Part shown: positions 16,732-24,506 of the stretch, one piece after another
How positions within the stretch are numbered: the stretch's first letter is position 1
How the letters are laid out: every line of letters starts with the position of its first letter
Virus record (IMG/VR): IMGVR_UViG_3300032253_000031
Span: 1 to 27,230 of that record
From: a virus
Taxonomy: Duplodnaviria; Caudoviricetes
Reading direction: 5' to 3' (one strand)
Length of the DNA stretch: 27,230 bases
The notes under the pieces: model-generated
Told to the model about the DNA's origin: nothing
Databases searched by the model: none
What the model saw: only the letters and a program-made list of their open reading frames with translations
Translations under genes and position numbers: made by a program

Positions 16732-17197
16732 GAATAGCCATCCCGCTCATATTCTTAACTAATTTATCCAGCTTAGTTTCAGCCGCGGTTAAATATGAGC
16801 TTGAACTGGCCGACTTTGAATATTCGACCTCGATAACATCAACCTTTTCTCGTATCGTTTCACGGCCTAATGTAGAAAGCGGATTAGTACCGCCATCAAT
16901 GCTAATAGCAACCTCACAAAGCGCGTCTATCAGCAATTGTGGGATAGTGTCAGAATCAACATAAAACCGGTCTATATACACGCCGTAACGCGGCCACTGA
17001 AGAGCCTGTGCCTCTGTTAGCTTGTCGCCGATAAAGTTTTTTGACTCGATATAATCCATTGCCTGAATCAATAAATCCGCAACGGTTCCGGTAATTGTTA
17101 TACCTCGATCTGTGGCGTAAGTAGTGCAATCAGCCTCAGAAACATAACTGTTTGCTGTTGCGCTTCCTGTGCCTGTTTCAACTACTATCGTAGCCAT
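16724..17197 (-). CDS. Head-tail adaptor (family often labelled DnaT-like ssDNA-binding protein)
   Basis: IVVETGTGSATANSYVS...QALQWPR...IP...REKVDVIEVEY signature. Confidence 0.85.
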   Translation of the reverse strand: MATIVVETGTGSATANSYVSEADCTTYATDRGITITGTVADLLIQAMDYIESKNFIGDKLTEAQALQWPRYGVYIDRFYVDSDTIPQLLIDALCEVAISIDGGTNPLSTLGRETIREKVDVIEVEYSKSASSSSYLTAAETKLDKLVKNMSGMAIRG

Positions 17198-17343
17198 TAC
17201 TTATCCGCTTTTTCCGTCTTCTCTGCTTTTGCAGGCTTAGCCGGTTTTTCTACGAATAGTTTTTGTTCTTTGTGGTCTTCTTTGTTGATAATAATAAAGC
17301 CTTGACCATTATCAGCTTGAATTTTTACTGTTTCACATAGCAT
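17197..17343 (-). CDS. Small capsid-downstream protein (48 aa)
   Basis: GGAG SD; MLCETVKIQADNGQGFIIINKED... with a Lys/Ala/Glu tail; TAATG-coupled to the adaptor gene. Confidence 0.75.
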   Translation of the reverse strand: MLCETVKIQADNGQGFIIINKEDHKEQKLFVEKPAKPAKAEKTEKADK

Positions 17344-17366
17344 TTGATTGACTCCGTTTAACTTTT

Positions 17367-17391
17367 AAAATGCGCCCCTAATTAAAGGGGC
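17367..17391 (-). terminator. Intrinsic terminator after the major capsid gene
   Basis: GCCCCT-TTAATT-AGGGGC stem followed by GCATTTT. Confidence 0.65.
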
Positions 17392-17401
17392 AACAATTTG
17401 A

Positions 17402-18547
17402 TTAACCCAGTAGCGTAGCAATGCTTTCAGGTTTCCATGCTTTAACACCCCATGCTGCTGAGACATTAACCATAGTTTTCTGGAAACCCTTGTACACTGA
17501 CACATCAAACACAAGGCCAGACCGGTCATCTACAATCATCATGCTATCAACTGCGGCATCACCACCGGGAGGCATCGCAGGCGCGCGCATAGCAATCTCA
17601 AACGCTGAACGCTCAAGGGCTATATTACCTGTGTATGTTGCGCCGATTGTCATAGCTACAGCAGAAGCCGCTAGTGCGACTTTAAGGCCAGGCTCTGCAA
17701 TAACAATGGTTCCAGGAGCTGCGACACCGGTTGTAACGATATACTTATTGGTATCACCGGCAAAAGTAACAACATCACCCGCCAGTACAGTGCCTGAGCC
17801 TGTGATAATTGGGATTGAAGTTGTACCAATGGCGTAGCCCGTTGCAGCGGATGTGTACGAAGTACCTGTACCTGCTGTATGGGTTGTTATCTTGGCAGAT
17901 TCTCGGATAGACAAATCAGACAATGGTAACAAAATGCCCTGACGCAAGGTTGAATCAGTACCGGAGGCACCGACATCGGTTAAATTAGTTAATGTTCGAA
18001 GGTTTGCGCCTGCTGTCGAGTCGATAATAAGACTAGCGTCTGACATTGCAGCGCCATTATCAACTAAGATTTTACGTACCTGCGCCGGGCCGACTAATGT
18101 AGATACAAACGGAGTTGTTCCAGCCGTACCGAATGCGCGGGATGATGCAACGTAAGCAGCGGCCCATGAATCAGTTTCGATTTCATTAGTGAGCGTGCGC
18201 ATTGCCTGAGCGATTTGGTCACCGTAAATGGTCTCGTAACCAGAGCCATTATTAACGCTCATCACGTCTTCACCCGTCCAAGGGATGGGTACGCCACGTG
18301 ATTTAGTGATTGATAAGGTTTTGTTGTCAACCGTTTGATCTGTTCCCTCTGGGATAGTCATTGACGGGGTATTGTCGCCAGCGACTGCGGCGCGTGTGAA
18401 GTGAGATCGTACAGTGTCGCCAACTGCGGCACGTTCTGACCCACCAGCGTTAAGAGTTACAGAGGGCACCATGCCGACCTGTTCTCTACCTACTACATCA
18501 GCCGCCTTATATAGGTCAGCCGCTAAATCTGTTAGTACATTAGCCAT
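17402..18547 (-). CDS. Major capsid protein, P22 coat protein-like
   Basis: MANVLTDLAADLYKAADVVGRE start, an I-domain-like segment (GTVLAGDVVTFAGDTNKYIV) and the C-terminus AAWGVKAWKPESIATLLG; follows the scaffold. Confidence 0.9.
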   Translation of the reverse strand: MANVLTDLAADLYKAADVVGREQVGMVPSVTLNAGGSERAAVGDTVRSHFTRAAVAGDNTPSMTIPEGTDQTVDNKTLSITKSRGVPIPWTGEDVMSVNNGSGYETIYGDQIAQAMRTLTNEIETDSWAAAYVASSRAFGTAGTTPFVSTLVGPAQVRKILVDNGAAMSDASLIIDSTAGANLRTLTNLTDVGASGTDSTLRQGILLPLSDLSIRESAKITTHTAGTGTSYTSAATGYAIGTTSIPIITGSGTVLAGDVVTFAGDTNKYIVTTGVAAPGTIVIAEPGLKVALAASAVAMTIGATYTGNIALERSAFEIAMRAPAMPPGGDAAVDSMMIVDDRSGLVFDVSVYKGFQKTMVNVSAAWGVKAWKPESIATLLG

Positions 18548-18563
18548 TTTATAGCCCTCTAGT

Positions 18564-19265
18564 TTAGATTACTTTGCCGCCGTTTAAAGCGAATTTTTTG
18601 CGCTCAGATTGAGATAAATTATCAAAATCACTTCGCGCCATTTCTTTTGCAGCACCGCCGCCCTTGTTACCATCACCGTTGGCACCGCCACCAGAGGACT
18701 GATTACCCTTTAATAACCCGCTATATGCTGGGTTATTAGCGAATTCTCTTTGTAAGTCTTCAAGACTTGAAACTGTTAGATTTCCGTCTTTGTCTGTTAC
18801 TTTTAGCTCTCCGTCAACAAACTTTAAACGGGACTTTATAGAGCTAGATAAAATTGTTGCGTTTTGTGCGCCGTCCTTGATATTGTCAGCCAGGGTAAAG
18901 GCTATGTTTAACGCCTCTTTACTGATGTTATTGTCAGCATCGCGTTTGTCCCTTTCCGTCAAGCCTGTTTTAAGCTCTTCGTTTTGCTCTAGCTGTGATT
19001 TATACAACTGCTCAAAATCACCGGCCTTTTTAAGCGCATCTTCTGAGCTAGTTTTAGCCAAAGATTCAGCCTCTTCTCTGGCCTTCTTTGCTGCTTTCGT
19101 TTCGCCTAGTAATTCATCATTCTTAGCTAGTACTTTTGTTAATTGGCTTTGTAAATCAGCGATTACCGCTGTCTGATCTTCTCCGCCACCGCCTCCGCCA
19201 TCTCCGCTATCATCGCCTTCTTTTTGATTAAGCTTATATTTTAGGAATTGGTTTCTAAATTTCAT
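18564..19265 (-). CDS. Capsid scaffolding protein
   Basis: Probable ATG at 19265. Gly run, long coiled coil (AKNDELLGETKAAK), SSGGGA linker and a C-terminal MARSDFDNLS helix-turn-helix. Confidence 0.85.
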   Translation of the reverse strand: MKFRNQFLKYKLNQKEGDDSGDGGGGGGEDQTAVIADLQSQLTKVLAKNDELLGETKAAKKAREEAESLAKTSSEDALKKAGDFEQLYKSQLEQNEELKTGLTERDKRDADNNISKEALNIAFTLADNIKDGAQNATILSSSIKSRLKFVDGELKVTDKDGNLTVSSLEDLQREFANNPAYSGLLKGNQSSGGGANGDGNKGGGAAKEMARSDFDNLSQSERKKFALNGGKVI

Positions 19266-19295
19266 AATTTTCTCTTTGGTCACTGACCGTTTTAG

Positions 19296-19378
19296 TTATC
19301 CACAGGATATACACAAATAATAACATACCTATTAACATATACACAACTTATGCACAAGATTTACACAGGTTATCCACA
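19296..19378 (+). promoter_or_regulatory. Array of six co-oriented DnaA boxes
   Basis: TTATCCACA 19296, ATATACACA 19307, ATATACACA 19337, TTATGCACA 19348, ATTTACACA 19359, TTATCCACA 19370. Consensus is TTWTNCACA; the period is 11 bp within each sub-array. Confidence 0.85.
19317..19346 (-). promoter_or_regulatory. Predicted promoter for the scaffold/capsid genes
   Basis: Extended -10 TG-T-TATTAT (19325-19317), with TTGTGT 18 bp upstream. Confidence 0.45.
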
Positions 19379-19411
19379 TGACATTAATCGAATAAAGGGC
19401 TAATCTATAAT
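19378..19411 (+). promoter_or_regulatory. Predicted promoter for the inverted four-gene cassette
   Basis: Perfect TATAAT at 19406-19411; also ATGACA-17 bp-TAATCT (19378-19406). Confidence 0.45.
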
Positions 19412-19431
19412 CATTTATGCGAGCTAATACT

Positions 19432-19635
19432 ATGAACACAGAAGAACTATATAAGCGAAAGCTAAAGCTATCGACAGATATCACTGGCGCAGTTTCAAAG
19501 TTGTATGATGATTTCGTACAGGAAACAGGAGAATGCCCCGAATATATCGGTATCAACTTAATCGACGTGACAAAGGTTGATAGCGATCGAAGAATTCGGG
19601 CTATTTGTAATACTGACGTGGATATTAGAATATGA
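19432..19635 (+). CDS. Small protein with a GnsA/GnsB-like pattern
   Basis: MNTEEL...helix...FVQETGECPEYI...DVDIRI resembles, from memory, E. coli GnsA/B (MNIEEL...NTGKEVSEI...DVKIKI). Upstream alternative ATG at 19417. Confidence 0.5.
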   Translation: MNTEELYKRKLKLSTDITGAVSKLYDDFVQETGECPEYIGINLIDVTKVDSDRRIRAICNTDVDIRI

Positions 19636-19943
19636 ACGAGATAACCAAAGACACGCTGACAAAGGCTTATAAGCCGTATGATGTCATAAGCGACATAAAA
19701 GGCAATGTGGGATTTATTCAAGAAGTTTCAGTTAATGATAGTCAGGATGGATTTGATGACCAAATATCATACTCCATAAAATGGATAGCTGGATATGGTG
19801 ATAGATCAGCATGGTATGGACATAATGAATTGAAATTTCACTGCAATATATTTATATCAATTGCTGAGTGCTCTTGCCATCCTATGGGACGAAATGCTCC
19901 TTATGTTGAGGCTTTATTTAATCACCGGAAAAAGGCAGGCTAA
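19632..19943 (+). CDS. Hypothetical protein, possible SH3-like barrel
   Basis: YKPYDVI...GFIQEV...YSIKW...AWY.HNEL pattern; ATGA-coupled. Confidence 0.6.
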   Translation: MNEITKDTLTKAYKPYDVISDIKGNVGFIQEVSVNDSQDGFDDQISYSIKWIAGYGDRSAWYGHNELKFHCNIFISIAECSCHPMGRNAPYVEALFNHRKKAG

Positions 19944-19944
19944 T

Positions 19945-20313
19945 ATGAATAAACTAAAAAAACGCCAACGCCTAAAGCAAATACTTGTAATTAAAAAGAC
20001 TCTTGAGTTAGGCAACAACATGTTCAAGGCAATAAATAGTTTGCCTGATAACCAGCTTAAGCAGCTAATGGTAGAGCAAATTAAATCTAGTTATTTCGCT
20101 AGAATGGCTGAAATAACTAGAATACCCGCAAAGATACTAAAATCTCATGGTTTACGAATTGACAAAAGAAGGCAGCGACGATTTGTTTATAAAGGAAAGA
20201 GACCGGCTCTTGTTTTCCCTAATATAAACCCTGTCGGCGTTCTTAAAATTGGAAATGAGATAATTGGCACTATTGATGGGGTCAACTATGTTAGAGGCGA
20301 AATAGAGGAATAA
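19945..20313 (+). CDS. Basic hypothetical protein (122 aa)
   Basis: Likely start is the ATG at 19945 (AGGCAGG SD, just after the upstream stop), not the TTG at 19861. Confidence 0.65.
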   Translation: MNKLKKRQRLKQILVIKKTLELGNNMFKAINSLPDNQLKQLMVEQIKSSYFARMAEITRIPAKILKSHGLRIDKRRQRRFVYKGKRPALVFPNINPVGVLKIGNEIIGTIDGVNYVRGEIEE

Positions 20314-20315
20314 CA

Positions 20316-20798
20316 ATGAACAGAAGAGACTTTTTAAAATCACTATCGGCTTTATGCGCTGCGCCAATAATCGCTAAGATACCTGATGTATCGGCAAACG
20401 CTAATAATCCAATCGAGCTCAAGCCGGTTCAAAATTTAGTTATTCCTGAATCGTTTTACACAAACCCTAATATCGGCGGGTTATATAAAGACGGGGAATT
20501 GATCGCTGCTTTTTCTGCATGGGAAGTAACTTCAACAGCCAATTCACACGGATTTATACATAATAGTGGTGGAATTACTAGAATACCATCCTTTATGAGC
20601 TACGAAGGAGAAGGTGAATTATTAGAAATAAATGATTCGGCAATGGTTACCTGTAATGAACGCTATAACGTTAAGCTTTTTAATGGCGAGATTATTATGA
20701 CAATGAATGATGTTATTATTGTACAAAAAATAATATCATTAGATGAATTAAATAGAGTTCATGTTTCTTTTAATTCATCTAATCTTAAGTATAGCTAA
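20316..20798 (+). CDS. Tat-signal protein with a tail-tube-like domain
   Basis: GAGGA SD; MNRRDFLKSLSALCAAPIIA twin-arginine motif. The C-terminal ~110 aa align by eye with the tube protein at 15012-15404. Confidence 0.6.
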   Translation: MNRRDFLKSLSALCAAPIIAKIPDVSANANNPIELKPVQNLVIPESFYTNPNIGGLYKDGELIAAFSAWEVTSTANSHGFIHNSGGITRIPSFMSYEGEGELLEINDSAMVTCNERYNVKLFNGEIIMTMNDVIIVQKIISLDELNRVHVSFNSSNLKYS

Positions 20799-21823
20799 TC
20801 ACCAAACACTAACGGATATCTAGCCCTTAAACCATCAAGACCGATAGTAGACCCGGTGTGCTCATCGGTGAATTGCTCAATCTTAAGCTTACCTGACCTA
20901 AACAGGCTGGCTCTCTCTGGCCCTAACGCCTCATCCTGGAATCCTTTTGATTGTTTCTTTAACCATCCCCCGTAAGTTGTATTTGCGCTTGTTCTACCCG
21001 TTGTATCACCTACCTGTGGGCGCATACCTTTAAGCCTGACTATCGTAAAGGCATCTTTAACTACTGGGATGGTTGTTGATCTGCAAGAAAAATGAGCAGG
21101 CGGTAATGGGCCTGACTTTACAGTGTAAACTTTACCGTCACGACCCGCACACACTAAACTTGTGCGGCTGTCTAATGTTGATACCCATTCGTAACCATCT
21201 AATATATCCGAGTTTTCATCGTAGGTTAGCTCACGCGCAACACTTGATGAGTGATTAATTATTGTTCGTGTTAGCGATTGAATCTGACGGTTTTGCTTAA
21301 CGCCCATTAACTCACTGACTTTTTTGCTTATCTCTGGTGTGGTATCACCTAAAACAATAGAGTCATTAACTAACTGCATAATCTCTTTTGATTTATTCTT
21401 ACAAAAATCACTTAACGCGCCATCAACTAGAATGTTTTTGCCGTCAATAACCATCGGCTTAACTCTTAATGCTACCGCTAATTGCTCATAGATTGGCAAT
21501 CTAATATCAGTGCCTTCCTTTGTGACTGAATCAATCATTCTTCCTGTAAATTCGGTCTCTTGGGTAGCAAAATCTAACGCATTGCTTTTAATCGAGTCAC
21601 TTATATTACCGAACATATCTGAGTAAATGCCATCAAGTGATATTCTAAGTGCGTTTAAACGGTTGGCTCTAAATTCGGTAGGCTCTTGAGATAGCCTTGC
21701 CAATACATCAAGCCTAAGCCTATTAAGTAGCTTTTTAGCATCGTTAGCCTGTCCCGCCGCGTATCGCTGTATAAATACTTGGTGACGGCTCGATGCTTGA
21801 ACAAGGAAGTCTTCAGCAGACAT
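20795..21823 (-). CDS. Minor head morphogenesis protein (SPP1 gp7/Mu F-like)
   Basis: LTRTIINH, YEWVSTLDSRTSLVCAGRDG and PPAHFSCRST motifs. Confidence 0.92.
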   Translation of the reverse strand: MSAEDFLVQASSRHQVFIQRYAAGQANDAKKLLNRLRLDVLARLSQEPTEFRANRLNALRISLDGIYSDMFGNISDSIKSNALDFATQETEFTGRMIDSVTKEGTDIRLPIYEQLAVALRVKPMVIDGKNILVDGALSDFCKNKSKEIMQLVNDSIVLGDTTPEISKKVSELMGVKQNRQIQSLTRTIINHSSSVARELTYDENSDILDGYEWVSTLDSRTSLVCAGRDGKVYTVKSGPLPPAHFSCRSTTIPVVKDAFTIVRLKGMRPQVGDTTGRTSANTTYGGWLKKQSKGFQDEALGPERASLFRSGKLKIEQFTDEHTGSTIGLDGLRARYPLVFGD

Positions 21824-23256
21824 TAGATTATCGGGTTCACGTCTTCTGACTCAGCGTTAAGCATTTCGTCAGTTCTGTCGTCAGCAATCATATTGGCCTT
21901 GCGTAGATTAGCCCTTAAATCGGTTTTAGCGTAAACACCGCGATCAAGTAATTGAATCCCTGCCATAATTGTTTGCGGGTCAATTGTCTTGTCATAGAAT
22001 TGAGTATTAAACTCTAATACGATTTCGCCGTCTGACCCCATATACTCCATTGACCATTGTAAACACTTGGTTAACGCGTCTTTCGTATTAGATACAATCA
22101 ATGATAGCTTTGAATTCTGGCCTGCGTTTCTCATGTTGGTAGCATCTACGTTTTCATTAGCTCTACCTGTATCTTGGATAATTCGTGCGCCTATATTTAC
22201 CATTTGCTGTTCTTTTTGCTCCATGCCACGCTCTGGCATTTGATTTGGATTAGCTTGCAGTAAATCAGCGCCGCCACCTTCTGGCAATAGAATGGCTCTG
22301 CGGGAACCCATCATGACGCCTTTTTTCATATTTGCATTAACCCATGATTGAGATAATCCCCATATAACCGGAGTAGGCTGTCCAACCTGATAAGAGCTTT
22401 CTTCATAATCAGCACTATTGCGATAATGAGCGACGTTAATTTCTGCTATATCATAAAGCGGAATTTTATCAACGTTCACATCATTTTCTTCTGATCCGAC
22501 AAATACGAAAGGAATCTCTTTCCATGTAGAGCCTTCGTTGTTTGTTGGCACTAACTCATCGCCTAGCATATCTCCGTTTTCATCATAGAGCTGCTGCTTA
22601 TATATGCCATTTTCTAAAAATAATACGCGGTGATAATCAAGTACCTTTGTTTCAAATCCAGTGACAACTTCTGTCGGCTCGCACAACACAACCATCGAAA
22701 TCATGGTTACTGAACCAACCGTAATGGTGCGCCAGTTAATTATAGACTCAGCCTTATACGACTTTATTGTTGCCCGTACCATCCTATCGGCGACTTGCTG
22801 CTTTGTTAGCCCTTCCTCGGTTTGCGGGTAGTCAACCAGTAATCCGTCACGCCCGGCTTGTAATAGCTCACTAACAATAGATTGACTTACTTGCTCTAAT
22901 GATAATCCGTTACCGTCTGCATTCTCTAACAAGTAATCAATAGATTGAGGTAATGTAAAAACAGGCGGCTTTCTAAACACCATCCCAACCATGCCCTCAA
23001 GGGTAAAGCCGGTAAAGTTTACAAAATTGGCTCTTTCAAGATATGAATAATAACGCTCTTTATTTTCCTGAGACGTGTCTGCTGGGTTGGGTGGTGGTAA
23101 GTATCGGGTGCCTTTCATGCCCCATAATTCCGACCCGCTACCCATTCCGCCGCCTGTGCGTAATTTAATAGCCTGTGCGCCTTCGACACAATCTCGGACT
23201 ATATCTATTTTAGGGCGGTTCTTTGTGTATTCAGCGTGTTTGGTATCGACAGCCAT
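21823..23256 (-). CDS. Portal protein (DUF4055 family)
   Basis: RYLP...Y.SYLERANFVNFT, GRDGLLVDYP, IPLYDIAEINVAHYRNSADYEE; follows terL. Confidence 0.92.
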   Translation of the reverse strand: MAVDTKHAEYTKNRPKIDIVRDCVEGAQAIKLRTGGGMGSGSELWGMKGTRYLPPPNPADTSQENKERYYSYLERANFVNFTGFTLEGMVGMVFRKPPVFTLPQSIDYLLENADGNGLSLEQVSQSIVSELLQAGRDGLLVDYPQTEEGLTKQQVADRMVRATIKSYKAESIINWRTITVGSVTMISMVVLCEPTEVVTGFETKVLDYHRVLFLENGIYKQQLYDENGDMLGDELVPTNNEGSTWKEIPFVFVGSEENDVNVDKIPLYDIAEINVAHYRNSADYEESSYQVGQPTPVIWGLSQSWVNANMKKGVMMGSRRAILLPEGGGADLLQANPNQMPERGMEQKEQQMVNIGARIIQDTGRANENVDATNMRNAGQNSKLSLIVSNTKDALTKCLQWSMEYMGSDGEIVLEFNTQFYDKTIDPQTIMAGIQLLDRGVYAKTDLRANLRKANMIADDRTDEMLNAESEDVNPII

Positions 23257-23261
23257 TGTAT

Positions 23262-24506
23262 TTACCTTGCAAATGAAACTTTAAGTTTAGCCACCGGCTT
23301 TGTGATTGGTAATTCAAACGCAATTGGGTATGTTCCTGCGTCTGGTAAATGATCTAAATTACTTGCTTTGTCTGGTTGCCCGTTTTTATCATAGGCTAAT
23401 TGCTCCATACACTTTGCAAATTCAGGACATTTAATATCGTTAATATACAATAAACCCTTGCTAAATGCGACATTAGTACTTAACACCCTGTCTTTTATTA
23501 GTGGATTTGCTTTGTTTGCGTAGACAATAAACCCTGCTTGCTCAAGCAATGATATATCACTGATCGAAGCATCTACCGTTTTTCGACTCTTTCCGCTTGC
23601 ATCAGGATAAACACGAACATTATGCTCTGGGTATCGCTCTTCTATTACCTTAATGATTGCCGGTGTATCATAAGCGCCTGATATTTCTTCGGCTGCGTGC
23701 CATTCCTTATCCCGCATAACATAAACAACCGCGCTCATATTGGTAACGTTGAAGTCCATTCCGATGCGTAGCGGCTCTTTGTCTTCAATAAAAGCTATTG
23801 ATCTGTGCTTTATTCGATTGTAAGCATTAAATACAGTACCAGACTTGAGATTAACAAACTTACCTCCAATATAAGCATCAACCAGCTCGGGCGGGTAAGT
23901 CTCAAGTAGTGATGGTATATAATCATCAGGCAAATACTCTTCGTTCTCATAGCTGGATGCCTGTACCATTGAATAACTAGCCGTGGGGTCTTCTGCAAAC
24001 TTACTGTATACGAATAGAAAGCCTTCTGGCGTGGTTGTCACCCCTATGCCGTTCTCGACTCCTGGTATCTTTAATCGAAGCCTAGCTATTATCTTATTCC
24101 ATGCCAATGTTGCTTTATCTTTAGGCATGGTGTCGATCTCATCAACCAGCGCCCTAGCTATCTTAAATCCAATAATTGAGCCTGGGTTATCCATTGACCG
24201 GCATATGATAGTCCCGTAATAAGCGCGGCCCCTGTATAAATGCACTTCTTTGTTACCGGTCTTTATATCAACCGTGAATTCCATTAACTGCGCGGCCTCT
24301 TCTATGGTCTGGTAGAAGATGTCCCTAATATCACCATAAGTCGGTGCAAAATAGCCTTGACGTGTCTTTGGATGCTTACTGGCAAATATTAGTAGATCAA
24401 GGCAACCGCTGAAAGTCTTAGAGCTACCGAAGCCACCAACAAAGGCCCTGTATTTAGTATTAAGCTCATTAAGGAATATGTGTTGCGGTGCATTAAGTCT
24501 TAGCAT
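23262..24506 (-). CDS. terL: Terminase large subunit
   Basis: Walker A GGFGSSKT, Walker B ALVDE, coupling motif TTTPEG, RNase H-like GMDFN and DHLPDA. Confidence 0.96.
   Translation of the reverse strand: MLRLNAPQHIFLNELNTKYRAFVGGFGSSKTFSGCLDLLIFASKHPKTRQGYFAPTYGDIRDIFYQTIEEAAQLMEFTVDIKTGNKEVHLYRGRAYYGTIICRSMDNPGSIIGFKIARALVDEIDTMPKDKATLAWNKIIARLRLKIPGVENGIGVTTTPEGFLFVYSKFAEDPTASYSMVQASSYENEEYLPDDYIPSLLETYPPELVDAYIGGKFVNLKSGTVFNAYNRIKHRSIAFIEDKEPLRIGMDFNVTNMSAVVYVMRDKEWHAAEEISGAYDTPAIIKVIEERYPEHNVRVYPDASGKSRKTVDASISDISLLEQAGFIVYANKANPLIKDRVLSTNVAFSKGLLYINDIKCPEFAKCMEQLAYDKNGQPDKASNLDHLPDAGTYPIAFELPITKPVAKLKVSFAR

Noticed and set aside
16724-17197. Link between the 'DnaT-like' protein and the DnaA boxes as a replication module
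   Set aside because: By position and motif this family is the head-tail adaptor; the DnaT label is not evidence of a replication role.
5100-19176. Numerous + strand ORFs of 60-140 aa opposite the structural genes (e.g. 8074-8409, 15607-15984, 17421-17837, 18790-19176)
   Set aside because: Antisense shadows of Gly/Ala/Thr-rich genes, with no evident SD and no protein-like motifs.
19296-19378. CRISPR mini-array or DnaA-trio/DUE interpretation of the repeats
   Set aside because: The units are 9 bp with 2-bp gaps and no spacers. I could not identify a convincing trio run or 13-mer unwinding element, so an origin is not asserted.
19332-19721. 129-aa minus-strand ORF crossing the DnaA array
   Set aside because: Shadow of the + strand cassette; its end merely translates the box repeats (WIT, VHK).
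24413-24437. TerL Walker A reads GSSKT instead of GSGKT
   Set aside because: SSKT-type variants occur in terminases, and all other motifs are intact.
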